A stretch of 64,000 bases of DNA, taken from Chthoniobacter flavus (lineage in GTDB: Bacteria; Verrucomicrobiota; Verrucomicrobiia; Chthoniobacterales; Chthoniobacteraceae). Location of the stretch: positions 459 through 64,458 of the forward strand of contig CAMARB010000001.1 of assembly GCA_945860355.1 (NCBI GenBank). Reading direction: 5' to 3'. This document shows positions 26,551-36,273 of the stretch, piece after piece. The stretch's first letter is position 1. Each line of letters begins with the position of its first letter. Position numbers and translations under genes: made by a program. The notes below the pieces were generated by a model, which was given only the letters and a program-made list of their open reading frames with translations, was not told the origin of the DNA and ran no database searches.

Positions 26551-28049
26551 GCACTTCGTCCTCTTCCCCAGATCGAGCCCGGGGCAGTGTTCTCATCGAC
26601 CAGTATTTGATGGGCACGCTTTCCGGCCCGGAATGCGCCGAATTGGACGCGGCACTCGCCGCAAGCGGGGATTTGCGAGAGCATTTCCGGCTTCGATGCA
26701 ATGTGGATGCCGCACTGCGCGGGATTGGCAGGAGGCGCATGGACGAGGCGCTTGAGCCGCTGGATTGCGGGGCGCAAGCATTGAGCCGCAACCCCTCCAA
26801 ATTGCCCCCGTCTTCCTCATTGGGGTGGCTCTTGGCTGCCGCAGCATGTGCCGCCCTGCTGGCCGGCGGCTGGATGTGGCGTCAGTCTCATCAGGTTTTT
26901 GCTTCGGTGGTTGAGGCCGTGGGTGCGGAGGAGGTGGGCGATGGCGCTGTGTTCCGGGGCGAACCCCACACCATCCGGGCCGGCACGGTTCAGATCGTCT
27001 CGGCGCTCGGGGCGCGCATTGTCATTGAGGCGCCTGCGGAATTCCGGTTTGAGTCCGCCCAAAGGCTCCATCTTCGGGTGGGCCGATTATCCGCGGATGT
27101 CCCCCCCGCGGCCAAGGGATTCACCGTGGTCACTCCCTCCGGGGATGCCGTGGATCTGGGAACACGTTTCGGCGTGGATGTGCCGCCGCACGGTCCGGCC
27201 GAAATCCACGTATTCAAAGGCGAGGTCATCGCCAAGGCGATCGGCGCTCAAGAAAAGCAAAACCTGCGCAGCGGCGATGCGGTCCGGATCAGTCGGGCGG
27301 GCAGTTCCGCCCGGGAATTGCGCTCCGCCGCTTTTATTCAGCGGGAGGAGGTGTCGGAGCTCGGCGCCGGGCTGGCTGCCGGCCAGCGCCTGCGGGCGGA
27401 TGCGGCGCTTGAGACGTTGCGTCGGGATCCCGCGCTCATCGCGCTGCTTGATTTCGAGTCCGGCGCCTATCCGGGCAAACACCGCATGGTGCAGGGGCGC
27501 TGGCCTAAGTCCCGCGCGCCCGAGTTTTGTCAGATCGGCGAGCATTTAAGCATCAACCTTCCCGCCGACGCGGAATGGTCTCAGCTCACCCTCGCCGCCT
27601 GGGTGCGCCTGGATCGCGTCGGCGGCGGGCGAATTCAATCCCTGCTCCATACCGACGGGTGGGACCGCAAGAATCCGGGCCAAGTGCACTGGTTTGTGAG
27701 TCCTCATGGAACGCTTTGGTTCGTTTGTTTGCCGGACCAACCCAAGGGGGCGACCGCGGAGTTTTCTCCGAGGCTTCCCGATCAGGGGCGTTGGACTCAC
27801 GTGGCGACGGTGTATGACTCCTCCCGTCACACGCTCCGTCATTACGTGAACGGGAGGTTTGAAATGGAGATCTCTCTAATGACGGCGCCCGCGGCCCGTT
27901 TCGGCCCGTCGCAGATAGGTAACTGGAACCTGTATGACCGCAACCTCAGCGGCCGAGTCGATGAGATGCTGATCCTCGGCAGGGCGATGGGGGACGCCGA
28001 GGTTCAGTCCCTGTTTGAGTCGGGGACTCCCTACGGGGCGCCGCCATAG
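26547..28049 (+). CDS. Anti-sigma factor: zinc-finger-like N-terminus, one TM helix, FecR domain and C-terminal LamG/concanavalin-like domain
   Basis: ATG 26547 overlaps the sigma stop (ATGA). TM helix LGWLLAAAACAALLAGGW. FecR-like TVVTPSGDAVDLGTRFGVDV..IHVFKGEV. LamG-like tail (LTLAAWVRLD..WTHVATVYD..HYVNG..GRVDEMLILGRA). Confidence 0.8.
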   Translation: MSTSSSSPDRARGSVLIDQYLMGTLSGPECAELDAALAASGDLREHFRLRCNVDAALRGIGRRRMDEALEPLDCGAQALSRNPSKLPPSSSLGWLLAAAACAALLAGGWMWRQSHQVFASVVEAVGAEEVGDGAVFRGEPHTIRAGTVQIVSALGARIVIEAPAEFRFESAQRLHLRVGRLSADVPPAAKGFTVVTPSGDAVDLGTRFGVDVPPHGPAEIHVFKGEVIAKAIGAQEKQNLRSGDAVRISRAGSSARELRSAAFIQREEVSELGAGLAAGQRLRADAALETLRRDPALIALLDFESGAYPGKHRMVQGRWPKSRAPEFCQIGEHLSINLPADAEWSQLTLAAWVRLDRVGGGRIQSLLHTDGWDRKNPGQVHWFVSPHGTLWFVCLPDQPKGATAEFSPRLPDQGRWTHVATVYDSSRHTLRHYVNGRFEMEISLMTAPAARFGPSQIGNWNLYDRNLSGRVDEMLILGRAMGDAEVQSLFESGTPYGAPP

Positions 28050-28133
28050 ATCTTCGAGAGCCGTTCCGAAGCGCGCTCAGCTGCCGGACGCCTCGGTGCG
28101 GCATCATCGGCGAGGATCGGGGATTTGGCCGAC

Positions 28134-28883
28134 TCAGGGGGTTCCCGGTTTCTCCGGGGCCGGCAGCGCGCTCCAAACCTTGATCTCGTCAAAAAAACCG
28201 TCTTTGCCCGCACAGCCCAACTCGATTTTCGATTTGGTGGGATGGGCCAGGCCCGACGACCTCAAAAATCCAACGGCTTTTCCATCGATGCTCACTCGCA
28301 TAGTCTCTCCGACGGTTTCGACGAGCAGGGTGTACCACCGGCCGGTTTCGAGCGCCACGGGGAACCGGGCACTGCGGCCGACAAGCATTTTGTCCGCCTC
28401 TGCTTTGCGCTCGGGATCCCGGCGCAGGGCTCGGATGTCGTTGCGCATGTTGCCGTCGCGCTCGTCGACCAGGAGAACGGAGTCGAGCCTTACCTGCGCC
28501 CGGCAGATGTGGCCGTAATGGGAGCCCGTGTATTTGCGGTCGTCGAATTCGATGTCGAGCATCGTGGCGCCCGCAAACCGGATCTTCACCTCCACGATGC
28601 TGTCCTTGGTGGGAACCTCCAGCCCGTGCACAGCGGCATGCGCTGGGACTGCGGGTTTGCCCTCCGTGGCCGGGGTGTCGGAATCCCGGGTTTGTCGGCC
28701 CTTCAGAGCGCCGTTCTCGACGACAAACGCAGGCACGACGGTGTGCCAAGCGCTTTTGGGTTCGATCGACTCGAAGTCGTCGGCGAACAGCAGCTCGCCT
28801 TTGACGCCAATCGGGTGTGGGGGGGGCTGCTGGGCCAAGACGGCGGCGTTCAAGGTCAGAAATACGGCAAACATGCGGCTCAT
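28134..28883 (-). CDS. Secreted DUF1080 (3-keto-disaccharide hydrolase/LamG-like) protein
   Basis: Signal peptide MSRMFAVFLTLNAAVLAQQ; LFADDFES..W...FVVENGALKG...WYTLLVETVGETMRVSIDGK...FFDEIKVW. Confidence 0.75.
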   Translation of the reverse strand: MSRMFAVFLTLNAAVLAQQPPPHPIGVKGELLFADDFESIEPKSAWHTVVPAFVVENGALKGRQTRDSDTPATEGKPAVPAHAAVHGLEVPTKDSIVEVKIRFAGATMLDIEFDDRKYTGSHYGHICRAQVRLDSVLLVDERDGNMRNDIRALRRDPERKAEADKMLVGRSARFPVALETGRWYTLLVETVGETMRVSIDGKAVGFLRSSGLAHPTKSKIELGCAGKDGFFDEIKVWSALPAPEKPGTP

Positions 28884-28998
28884 TGCTTTTCACTACCGCT
28901 GCGGCTGCCTCTCCGGAATCCGAAAAAGCGGGACTCAATTCCCGAGGAATTGCAACGGAGAGTTCCGTTTCTTGCCGAGTTCAGGCACGATCGCACCC

Positions 28999-31263
28999 AT
29001 GCGCTTCTCCCGGTCCGTTCTCTTGTCGGCGGTGTTCTTGGGGTTTCTGATCGAGGTGTCGCCAGGCGATGGGGACGGCGTGTCCGTTGAAGAAGCAGAA
29101 AGAAGGGCGGTGGATGCGGAGGCCGAGTCGCGCAGTGTCGAGCAGATCGCCAAGGCCGTGCGGCCGTCCCTGGTCAAGGTCACCCAGTTCGGAAGGGAAG
29201 GGGTTTACGGCGTGGGCAGCGGTTTTGTGATCAGCTCGGAGGGTTTGATTGCGACCAACCGGCACGTGATTGGCGAGGCGCGTCGGATCAAGGTGGAGAC
29301 CAGTGACGGGGTGGAGCACGCCGTCACCGAAGTCCTCGCCAGCGATCACCGGCTGGACCTTGCGATTTTGCGGGTCTCTTCCAAGGGCCTCAAACCTCTG
29401 GAGCTCGGGGATTCCGCTCTGGTAACGCAGGGGCAGCCCGTTGTGGTCATGGGGAATCCCGGCGGGCTCAGCTACAGCTTGGTGGGGGGATTTGTTTCCG
29501 AATCGCAAAGGGACATCGAAGGGGTGCCCATGATCCAGGTCGCGGCCCCCATCATCGAGGGCAACAGCGGGGGCCCGCTCCTAGACCGCCAGGGCCGGGT
29601 CCTTGGCGTGCTCACCCTCAGGTCCGCGCTGGCTGAAAACCTCGGATTCGCCATGCCGGTCAACACGTTGAAACGCCTTCTCGAAAGGCCCAACCCGATC
29701 CCGATGGAGCGCTGGTTGACCATCGGCGTGCTCAACCCCCGGTTTTGGCTGCCGCGCATGGGCGGTCAGTGGACTCAACGCGCCGGCGTCGTCAACGTGG
29801 AGCAGACGGGCAACGCCGGGCGCTCCCTTTGCCTGTGGAAAACGCCTCCCCAAACGGAGGACTTCGAGGCGGCCGTCTCCGTGCGCCTCCAGGAGGAGGC
29901 CGGGGCCGCGGGGCTGGCGTTTTGCGCCGATGAGGAGGACAGGCACTACGGATTTTATCCGACGGCGGGCAAGTTGCGCCTCACCCGGTTTGACGGGCCC
30001 AATGTGTTTACCTGGAAGGTCCTCGGGGAGGTGGCTTCCAAGGCCTATCTGCCCGGAGACTGGAACACCCTGCGCGTGCGGATCGAAGGCGCCCGGATCC
30101 GGTGTTTTGTTAATGAAACCCAGGTCTTGGAGGTGGAGGACGAGGTTTTCCGCGGGGGCCGGGCCGGGCTTTGCAAATTCAGGCACCCGGCGGCGAGTTT
30201 TAAGCACTTTAAGCTGGGGACGGATCTGGCCCAAAAAACCGCGCCGGCCGAGGCCGATGCCGTCCTCAGCAAGTCGGTCGAATCAGTTTTGGGCGGGGCG
30301 GTGAATCGCGAAGACACCCTCCAGGCGCTGATGAAGGACCCGGAAGCCGGTGGCCGGATTTTGCGGGACCAACGGAAGGTTTTGGAGCGGAGCGCGGCGT
30401 TTCTCAAAGATCTGGGCGTGGAATTGCATCGCCGGGCGGTGCGCGCGGAGTTGGTGGCCGAGCTGGCTCTGCCCGAGGACAAGGCGGACTTGTTCCGGTG
30501 CGCCCTGCTTTTGGCCAAGTATGACAACCCCGAATTGGACGTCTCCGCGTATGAACGGGCATTTGCTCAAATGGTCGAGGAACTCCGGGGGGATCCCGCG
30601 TTGCCTGAGGACACCGGGAAAGCCATCGCTCGGATCAACCGGTTTCTCTTCGAGGAAAACGGGTTCCATGGCAGTCGCTCCGATTCCGGGAACCGTTCCA
30701 ACAGTTACATCAACGAGGTTCTGGACGACCGCGAGGGGCTGCCGATCACGCTTTCGGTGGTTTACCTTGAGTTGGCCCGGCGCCTGGGCGTTCGCCAGGT
30801 GGAGGGGATTCCGTTGCCGAGCCGGTTCATGGTGGGGTACCGGGCCTCGGAGGGGGACTCCTTTATGTTGGTGGACGTCTTCAACGGCGGAAAATTGCTG
30901 ACCATGGAGGAAGCGGTTGCGGATGTGAGCAATGACGGCTGGGTTCCGGAGAAGGCCCGGCAGCCCGCGAGCAAACGTGAAATCCTTTTGCGGATGATCC
31001 AAAACCTGATGGGTGCGCCTCGCGATTCAGCGGTCGCCGCGTTGGAGTCGCTGCCCTACCTGGATTTGTCGCTGGCGTTGAACCCGGACTCCGGGCGCGA
31101 GCGGGTGAGTCGTGCCGCAGTCCGGGAGCGCAACGGCGACCGGGAAGGCGCGCGCGAAGATGTGAGCTGGTTGCTTGAGCATCTGCCGACGGATGTGTCG
31201 GGGGATCCCCGATCAAAGCTCCAGTCCTGGCTTGATCGTCTGGATGGCGCCGAGCGCCGCTAG
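28999..31263 (+). CDS. Secreted three-module protein: S1C trypsin-like serine protease + DUF1080 + transglutaminase-like/TPR (SirB1/UPF0162-like) domain
   Basis: ATG 28999 gives signal peptide MRFSRSVLLSAVFLGFLI. Protease motifs TNRHV, DLAILRV, GNSGGPLL. DUF1080-like WTQRAGVVNVE..WNTLRVRIEGARIRCFVNE. C-terminal NSYINEVLDDREGLPITLSVVYLELARRLG..PSRFMVGY. Confidence 0.8.
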   Translation: MRFSRSVLLSAVFLGFLIEVSPGDGDGVSVEEAERRAVDAEAESRSVEQIAKAVRPSLVKVTQFGREGVYGVGSGFVISSEGLIATNRHVIGEARRIKVETSDGVEHAVTEVLASDHRLDLAILRVSSKGLKPLELGDSALVTQGQPVVVMGNPGGLSYSLVGGFVSESQRDIEGVPMIQVAAPIIEGNSGGPLLDRQGRVLGVLTLRSALAENLGFAMPVNTLKRLLERPNPIPMERWLTIGVLNPRFWLPRMGGQWTQRAGVVNVEQTGNAGRSLCLWKTPPQTEDFEAAVSVRLQEEAGAAGLAFCADEEDRHYGFYPTAGKLRLTRFDGPNVFTWKVLGEVASKAYLPGDWNTLRVRIEGARIRCFVNETQVLEVEDEVFRGGRAGLCKFRHPAASFKHFKLGTDLAQKTAPAEADAVLSKSVESVLGGAVNREDTLQALMKDPEAGGRILRDQRKVLERSAAFLKDLGVELHRRAVRAELVAELALPEDKADLFRCALLLAKYDNPELDVSAYERAFAQMVEELRGDPALPEDTGKAIARINRFLFEENGFHGSRSDSGNRSNSYINEVLDDREGLPITLSVVYLELARRLGVRQVEGIPLPSRFMVGYRASEGDSFMLVDVFNGGKLLTMEEAVADVSNDGWVPEKARQPASKREILLRMIQNLMGAPRDSAVAALESLPYLDLSLALNPDSGRERVSRAAVRERNGDREGAREDVSWLLEHLPTDVSGDPRSKLQSWLDRLDGAERR

Positions 31264-31310
31264 ACGGCCGGAGCCAAGGGGGGCGTCCCCGGAGGCTTTT
31301 GGAGAAGGAG

Positions 31311-31384
31311 TGCGCCCGGCGGGATTCGAACCCACGACCAGCGGATTAGAAATCCGCTGCTCTATCCAACTGAGCTACGAGCGC
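31311..31384 (-). tRNA. tRNA-Arg (UCU)
   Basis: The reverse complement folds as follows. Acceptor GCGCTCG/CGGGCGC, D arm GCTC-AGTTGGATA-GAGC, anticodon stem GCGGA/TCCGC with loop TTTCTAA, T arm GTGGG-TTCGAAT-CCCGC, discriminator A. Confidence 0.92.
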
Positions 31385-31550
31385 GTGAAAGGGAAAACCC
31401 TCCGTCGCTCCCTCCGGGCGGGCACCGGGTTCGACGGCGGGTTGGGATTTGTTTACCGGGGCGCTTCCGCGACCGCAAAGAAATCTTTTCAACGGCGGGT
31501 GCGCCTCGGCGCCTCAGAAAGTGCGAGGAGAGGGTGCGCCGGTCGCGGAC

Positions 31551-31949
31551 TCAGGTTTGTTCGGTCGCCGAGGGCCTGAGGGCGGAGGCTTCGGCCAAGA
31601 TCGAGTCGAGTTCGTCTGGCATAAAGGGTTTGATGAGGTGATGGCGGTAGCCGGCGGCGCGGCTCCGTGCCCGATCGGCGTTCATGCCAAAGCCGCTCAT
31701 GGCGACGGCAAACAGTCCGGAAGCGGAGGGAAGCTGCTCCAGGAGTTCCCATCCGCTGCCGTCTGGCAGGCCGATGTCGCTGAGGAGCAGGTCGACTTTT
31801 TGGCCGGGGATTTTTTGCAACGCGTCGGCCATGCTTGTGGCCGAGGCTACCGTGTGCCCGAGGGTCTCAAGATACATCCGCAGGTATTTGAGTGTGTCCT
31901 CGTGGTTCTCGACGACGAAGATATGGAGGGGCGGGGAGGCGGGTGTCAT
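31551..31949 (-). CDS. Single-domain response regulator (receiver only)
   Basis: HIFVVENHEDTL, phospho-acceptor LLLSDIGLPDGSG, MSGFG, LIKPF. 4-nt overlap with the upstream kinase gene. Confidence 0.9.
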   Translation of the reverse strand: MTPASPPLHIFVVENHEDTLKYLRMYLETLGHTVASATSMADALQKIPGQKVDLLLSDIGLPDGSGWELLEQLPSASGLFAVAMSGFGMNADRARSRAAGYRHHLIKPFMPDELDSILAEASALRPSATEQT

Positions 31950-34801
31950 GGCTGAAAAACGGGCAGGTGAACGTAGAAAGTCGCGCCGAGGCCTTTGCCG
32001 GGGCTTGATGCCGTCAGTTGGCCGTGATGGGCGGAAACCACCGCGGTGGAGATGGCCAACCCCAGGCCAAGGCCGCCAAACTGCCGCATGATTTCCTGGC
32101 CGCCTTGCTCGAAGGAGTTGAAAATCTTGGGCAGCACGCCGGGCTCAATGCCGATGCCGTTGTCCTGGATCTCGATGCAGATGGCGTTGCCGATGTTTTT
32201 GGACCGCACGTAGAGGGTGCCATCGGCGGGGGTGAACTTGACGGCGTTTTTAATGAGGTTCCAGAAGACCTGCTGGAGTCGGGCGAAATCGCCGTAAACC
32301 GAACACTGCTGGGCCGCGAGGGCGAGGTTGAGCCGGTGACCTTTTGCGACGAGGTCGGAGCCGCAAATTTGCAGGGCCCGGCCGATGACGGCATGGAGGT
32401 CGATGTTTTGCAGGTTGAGTTCCAGCGTGCCGCGGGTGATGCGGGTGAGGTCGAGCAGGTCGTCAATCAAGCGCGCCTCGAGCTGGACGTTGTGGCTGAT
32501 CATCTGCAATGCGTCGCGCACCTGGGGAGGGATGTCCGAGCGCGCGGGCAGAGCCGCCGCGGCCAGAAGCACGGGGGTGAGCGGGGTGCGCAATTCGTGG
32601 AGGAGCACGGCCAGGAACTGGTCCTTGGAGCGGTCGGCCGCTTCCGCCCGTTCGCGGGCCGATTCGGCTTCGGTGAGAGCGTTTTGGAGTTCGAGCTGGT
32701 GTTGGCGCAGGGTGTCCTCCACCGCTTTACGCTCGGTGATGTCGAGCGTGATCCCGATGTATCCCATGAAGTTCCCGTCCGCGCCAAAGCGCGGCTGGCC
32801 GTGGCTGGTGATCCAGCGGTATTCGCCGTCGGCGCGCCGCTGGCGGTAGTCGCACTGGAAGGAGTTGCGTTCCTGCACGGCGCGCAAACAGGTTTGGAAC
32901 CCCGTGGCGAAGTCCTCGGGATGGATGAAGGGGGGGAGCTGGGTGCTGGCCGGGCCGTGGAGCCGGCCGATGAATTCCAGCATGGGCTTGTTGAAATACC
33001 CCGGTTTGCCGGCTTCATCGGTCATCCAGATCATCACCGGGGCGGTGTCCGCGAGCATCCGGAAACGCTCTTCACTTTCACGCAGCGCCAGCTCCGCCTG
33101 CTTGCGTTCATGCACGTCGAAGGCGATGCCCATCCAGCGGACAATTTTCCCGTTCACGTCGCGCACGGCCACGGAGCGCCCCAAATGCCAGCGGTGCAGG
33201 CCGTCGGCGTGACGCAGGGGGATTTCAATTTCCGAGTCGCGGCCGCTGGCCGTGGCATGCGCCCATTCCAGGTGGATGCGTTCCCGGAAATCGGGGTGGA
33301 CAGCGGAGAGCCATCCGCCGCGTTTGGATTGGTTGAGGTCCATCCCGGTGAACTTGCTCCAGTTGCCGTTGCAGTAGTCCAGGTTGCCCTGGGCGTCGGT
33401 GCGCCAAACGATTTGCGGGGAAAGATCGGTGAGCGCCCGGTACACCTTCTCGTTCTCCAGGAACGCCTGCTGGATCTGATGCTCCTGGGTTGTGTCTTGG
33501 GCCAGCCCCAGCACCTGGAGCACGCTCTGGTCGGCGTCTCTGGAAAACGCCACAATCCGCAGGCGCATCCAGCGGTAAGACCCGTTGGCATGCCGGACCC
33601 GGTATTCCTGGGTGATGACTTCGCCGTCGGGCAGGGAGCGAAGTTGCTCAAGGCCCGGGCAGAATTTGCGGTCTTCGGGGTGGATGAGCAGGGCGATGGA
33701 CTCCCCCCTGAGGGCGCTCATGGCGTCCTTTGTGTATCCCAAAACCGAGGAGATGGCGCCGTTGGCGTAAACCAACGTGCGCAGTTGGAGGTCAAACACG
33801 AAAAGAACCTCGGGCATGGTGGCGGCGATCCGCTCAAAGATGCGCCGGCTCCGGGCGAGCTCCGCCTCGGTGAGCTTGAGCTCGGTGACCTCCAGAAAGG
33901 TGCCCACGGCGCCGCAGATCCGCCCTTCGCCGTCCCGCACCGGCGCCGCCGTGCCGTAAAGGTGGCGCCGTGTGCCGTCCTCAAAGAGGAGATCAAATTC
34001 TCCGGACACAGGGGCGCCCGAACGGGTGGCCACGCGCAGCGGAAATTCCTCGGGCGGGACTTGCCGACCTTGCTTGAGGAGCTGGAAGGGGGTCGTGTCT
34101 CCCAAAGACGGGAGTTCCACGCTCTGGTCGGGATCCATCCGCAGCGTCGCGTAGCCGGTCCGGTTGGCGGTGATTTTTCGGCCCTCGGGGTCGTGCGCGA
34201 TAAAAACGCTCGCCGGGGCGGTCTGCATGAACGTCTCGAGTTCCTCAGCCCGGGTCCGGGCGAGGGATTCGCTGAGCAGCAGCGCGGCCTCGGCCTTTTT
34301 GCGCGGGGTGATGTCCTGGGTGATCCCCGCCGCGCGAATGGGATTGCCCTCCTGGTCGAGAAATGCGCGCCCGGTGGAGGCCGCCCAACGCACACTTTTG
34401 TCGGCGCGCCGGATCCTGAATTCGACGTCAAAAATGTCCCCGGTGGCGATGCAGTGCGCGGCTCTGCTGTGGACGGCCTCTCGGTCCTCAGGATGGATAC
34501 AGTCCAAAAAGATCGCGTAGCTGGGGGGCTGCTCCGGGGGGGCTCCGAGGATTTCCCCGCAGCGGGGTGTCCACGTGACGACGTCCCGTTGCAGGTCCCA
34601 TTCCCAAGTGCCAAACTGGCATTCTCTCAGGGCATCCCGGAGTTCATTGCATTGCGGAGGGGATGCGGAAGTTGGCTGTCGGGTGTTGAGCCGGGCGTTG
34701 AGCCGACGGTTCTCCGATTTGAGCCGGGCGATTTGGGTCTGCAGGTGGCGCACTTCGGCGAGGTTCTTAAGCCTGGGCACTTCGGATCTGAGAGGTGTCA
34801 T
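31946..34801 (-). CDS. Multi-PAS sensor histidine kinase
   Basis: N-terminal coiled coil, about five PAS/PAC modules (repeated ...RW....A..D..G...), H-box FLAVLLHELRTPL, N box WNLIKNAVKFT, G boxes IQDNGIGI and GGLGLGLAI. Confidence 0.92.
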   Translation of the reverse strand: MTPLRSEVPRLKNLAEVRHLQTQIARLKSENRRLNARLNTRQPTSASPPQCNELRDALRECQFGTWEWDLQRDVVTWTPRCGEILGAPPEQPPSYAIFLDCIHPEDREAVHSRAAHCIATGDIFDVEFRIRRADKSVRWAASTGRAFLDQEGNPIRAAGITQDITPRKKAEAALLLSESLARTRAEELETFMQTAPASVFIAHDPEGRKITANRTGYATLRMDPDQSVELPSLGDTTPFQLLKQGRQVPPEEFPLRVATRSGAPVSGEFDLLFEDGTRRHLYGTAAPVRDGEGRICGAVGTFLEVTELKLTEAELARSRRIFERIAATMPEVLFVFDLQLRTLVYANGAISSVLGYTKDAMSALRGESIALLIHPEDRKFCPGLEQLRSLPDGEVITQEYRVRHANGSYRWMRLRIVAFSRDADQSVLQVLGLAQDTTQEHQIQQAFLENEKVYRALTDLSPQIVWRTDAQGNLDYCNGNWSKFTGMDLNQSKRGGWLSAVHPDFRERIHLEWAHATASGRDSEIEIPLRHADGLHRWHLGRSVAVRDVNGKIVRWMGIAFDVHERKQAELALRESEERFRMLADTAPVMIWMTDEAGKPGYFNKPMLEFIGRLHGPASTQLPPFIHPEDFATGFQTCLRAVQERNSFQCDYRQRRADGEYRWITSHGQPRFGADGNFMGYIGITLDITERKAVEDTLRQHQLELQNALTEAESARERAEAADRSKDQFLAVLLHELRTPLTPVLLAAAALPARSDIPPQVRDALQMISHNVQLEARLIDDLLDLTRITRGTLELNLQNIDLHAVIGRALQICGSDLVAKGHRLNLALAAQQCSVYGDFARLQQVFWNLIKNAVKFTPADGTLYVRSKNIGNAICIEIQDNGIGIEPGVLPKIFNSFEQGGQEIMRQFGGLGLGLAISTAVVSAHHGQLTASSPGKGLGATFYVHLPVFQP

Positions 34802-34957
34802 CGGTGCGTTCCAGGGGGATGCGAAGGGGTGGGTTTGGGTCGGTTTGCCGCCACGATAACAATTGTGTGTGGCGATGCGTCAACCCGTTGATTATCAATC
34901 CTTTCGAGAGCGGGGTGGAATCCCTCGCCGCCGCGGCCCCGCGTTGCGGGCTGGGAA

Positions 34958-35893
34958 TCAAAGCCACGCGGTCGTCCCCGGGAATTTAAGGACCACAATC
35001 AGTAGACTCACGGTGAGCATACTCAGCAGGGTGGAGTAAAAGACCGCCGCGCTCGCGAATTGGGAGTCGGCTTCGAATTCATGGGCAAGCAGCGCCGTGT
35101 TGACGGCGGTGGGGAACGCGGAGCTGACGATGAGCACCGCCGCCGTTTCTCCGTGGAATCCAAGGAGGCGCACGAACAGAAATGCGACAACGGGGCCGCC
35201 GAGGAGGCGGAGGCTCAGGGCCCAGGACAGGCGCGCGAAGTTTTGCCGGGCGCGCGTCTGGGAGAGCTGGGCGCCGAGGCTCACCAGGGCGACCCCGACC
35301 AGCGCGTGGTGGAAGTACTCCACCGGCACCCACAGCCAGCGGTAATCTTGGACGGGCACTTCCAGCCAGCGCACCACCAGCGCCGCGCTCACGGCCCAGA
35401 GTGAAACCTGGCGCAGCACCGGCAGGAGATTGCGCCAGCCCGAGTGCGCCCCGGAGGCGGAGAGCAGAATGCCGACGCTAAAAAGGCTCACGTTCTGAGT
35501 GAGCACGACAAACACCTGCAGCAGCGGGCCCGTGCCGGGGAAGGCCAGCGTCATGAGGGGAATCCCGTAGTTTCCCGAGTTGTAGAACATCGTGGCCATC
35601 TGCAGGGAGCGCCTGTCCGTGGTCGGATAATTCAGCCCCCAGGAAACCAGGTGGCTGAGCGCGTACATTGTGGCCACCACCAGCACGGTGAACCCCACAA
35701 TCCTGAGGGATTCGCCGGCGCCGAGCTGGCAGGTCACCACCTCGAAAAAGATAAATGCCGGGACGACAAGATGGATGTTGAGCTTTACCAGGGTGCTCAA
35801 ATCGAGGTTGAACCGGCGATCCAGAACCCAGCCGCTCCCGAACATGAGGAGGATCGGTAAAAGCACCTGGGTGAAGACGTTCCAAAATAACAC
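34958..35893 (-). CDS. AEC (auxin efflux carrier) family transporter
   Basis: 311 aa with ~10 TM helices. The N-terminus MLFWNVFTQVLLPILLMFGSGWVL is typical of the family. Confidence 0.85.
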   Translation of the reverse strand: MLFWNVFTQVLLPILLMFGSGWVLDRRFNLDLSTLVKLNIHLVVPAFIFFEVVTCQLGAGESLRIVGFTVLVVATMYALSHLVSWGLNYPTTDRRSLQMATMFYNSGNYGIPLMTLAFPGTGPLLQVFVVLTQNVSLFSVGILLSASGAHSGWRNLLPVLRQVSLWAVSAALVVRWLEVPVQDYRWLWVPVEYFHHALVGVALVSLGAQLSQTRARQNFARLSWALSLRLLGGPVVAFLFVRLLGFHGETAAVLIVSSAFPTAVNTALLAHEFEADSQFASAAVFYSTLLSMLTVSLLIVVLKFPGTTAWL

Positions 35894-36273
35894 GGGCTCT
35901 GTGTTATCAGGCGGTCGCTCCGGAGGAAACAGGGGAGATGAACCGTTGTTGTGCGCGCGCCGGTCCGTTTTTCCGGGGCGGCTCCGGCCTTGGTGCGGGG
36001 TGGACGGCGCCTTGAAATGGATCCACGCCGGGAATCCTCCGGAACCCCGGTTCTGTTTCTAGCTCCGGGCATGGGGAAGCCTCGTTGAGCGGCAAAGATT
36101 GCCCTGGCGCCCCCAGATCTGTCCCCCCGACACCGGGGCCGGTGAGCGTGCGGCGGATAAAAACGAGCTTCCCCATCTCTGGTGGAGGCCCCATTTTCGC
36201 GAGCCCGGTCGGATCTGGCTCGTTTTAAGCTCTGTAGCGACGATGGTCCCAGTCACGCTGTCTCCGGCAATCG

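Noticed and set aside
21957-31384. A genomic island or integrated element between the convergent tRNA-Cys and tRNA-Arg genes.
   Set aside because: There is no integrase, transposase or phage gene. I found no direct repeat of either tRNA 3' end. Codon usage and GC content look like the rest of the window. The tRNA bracketing is noted under the ECF-cluster finding but is not claimed as mobility.
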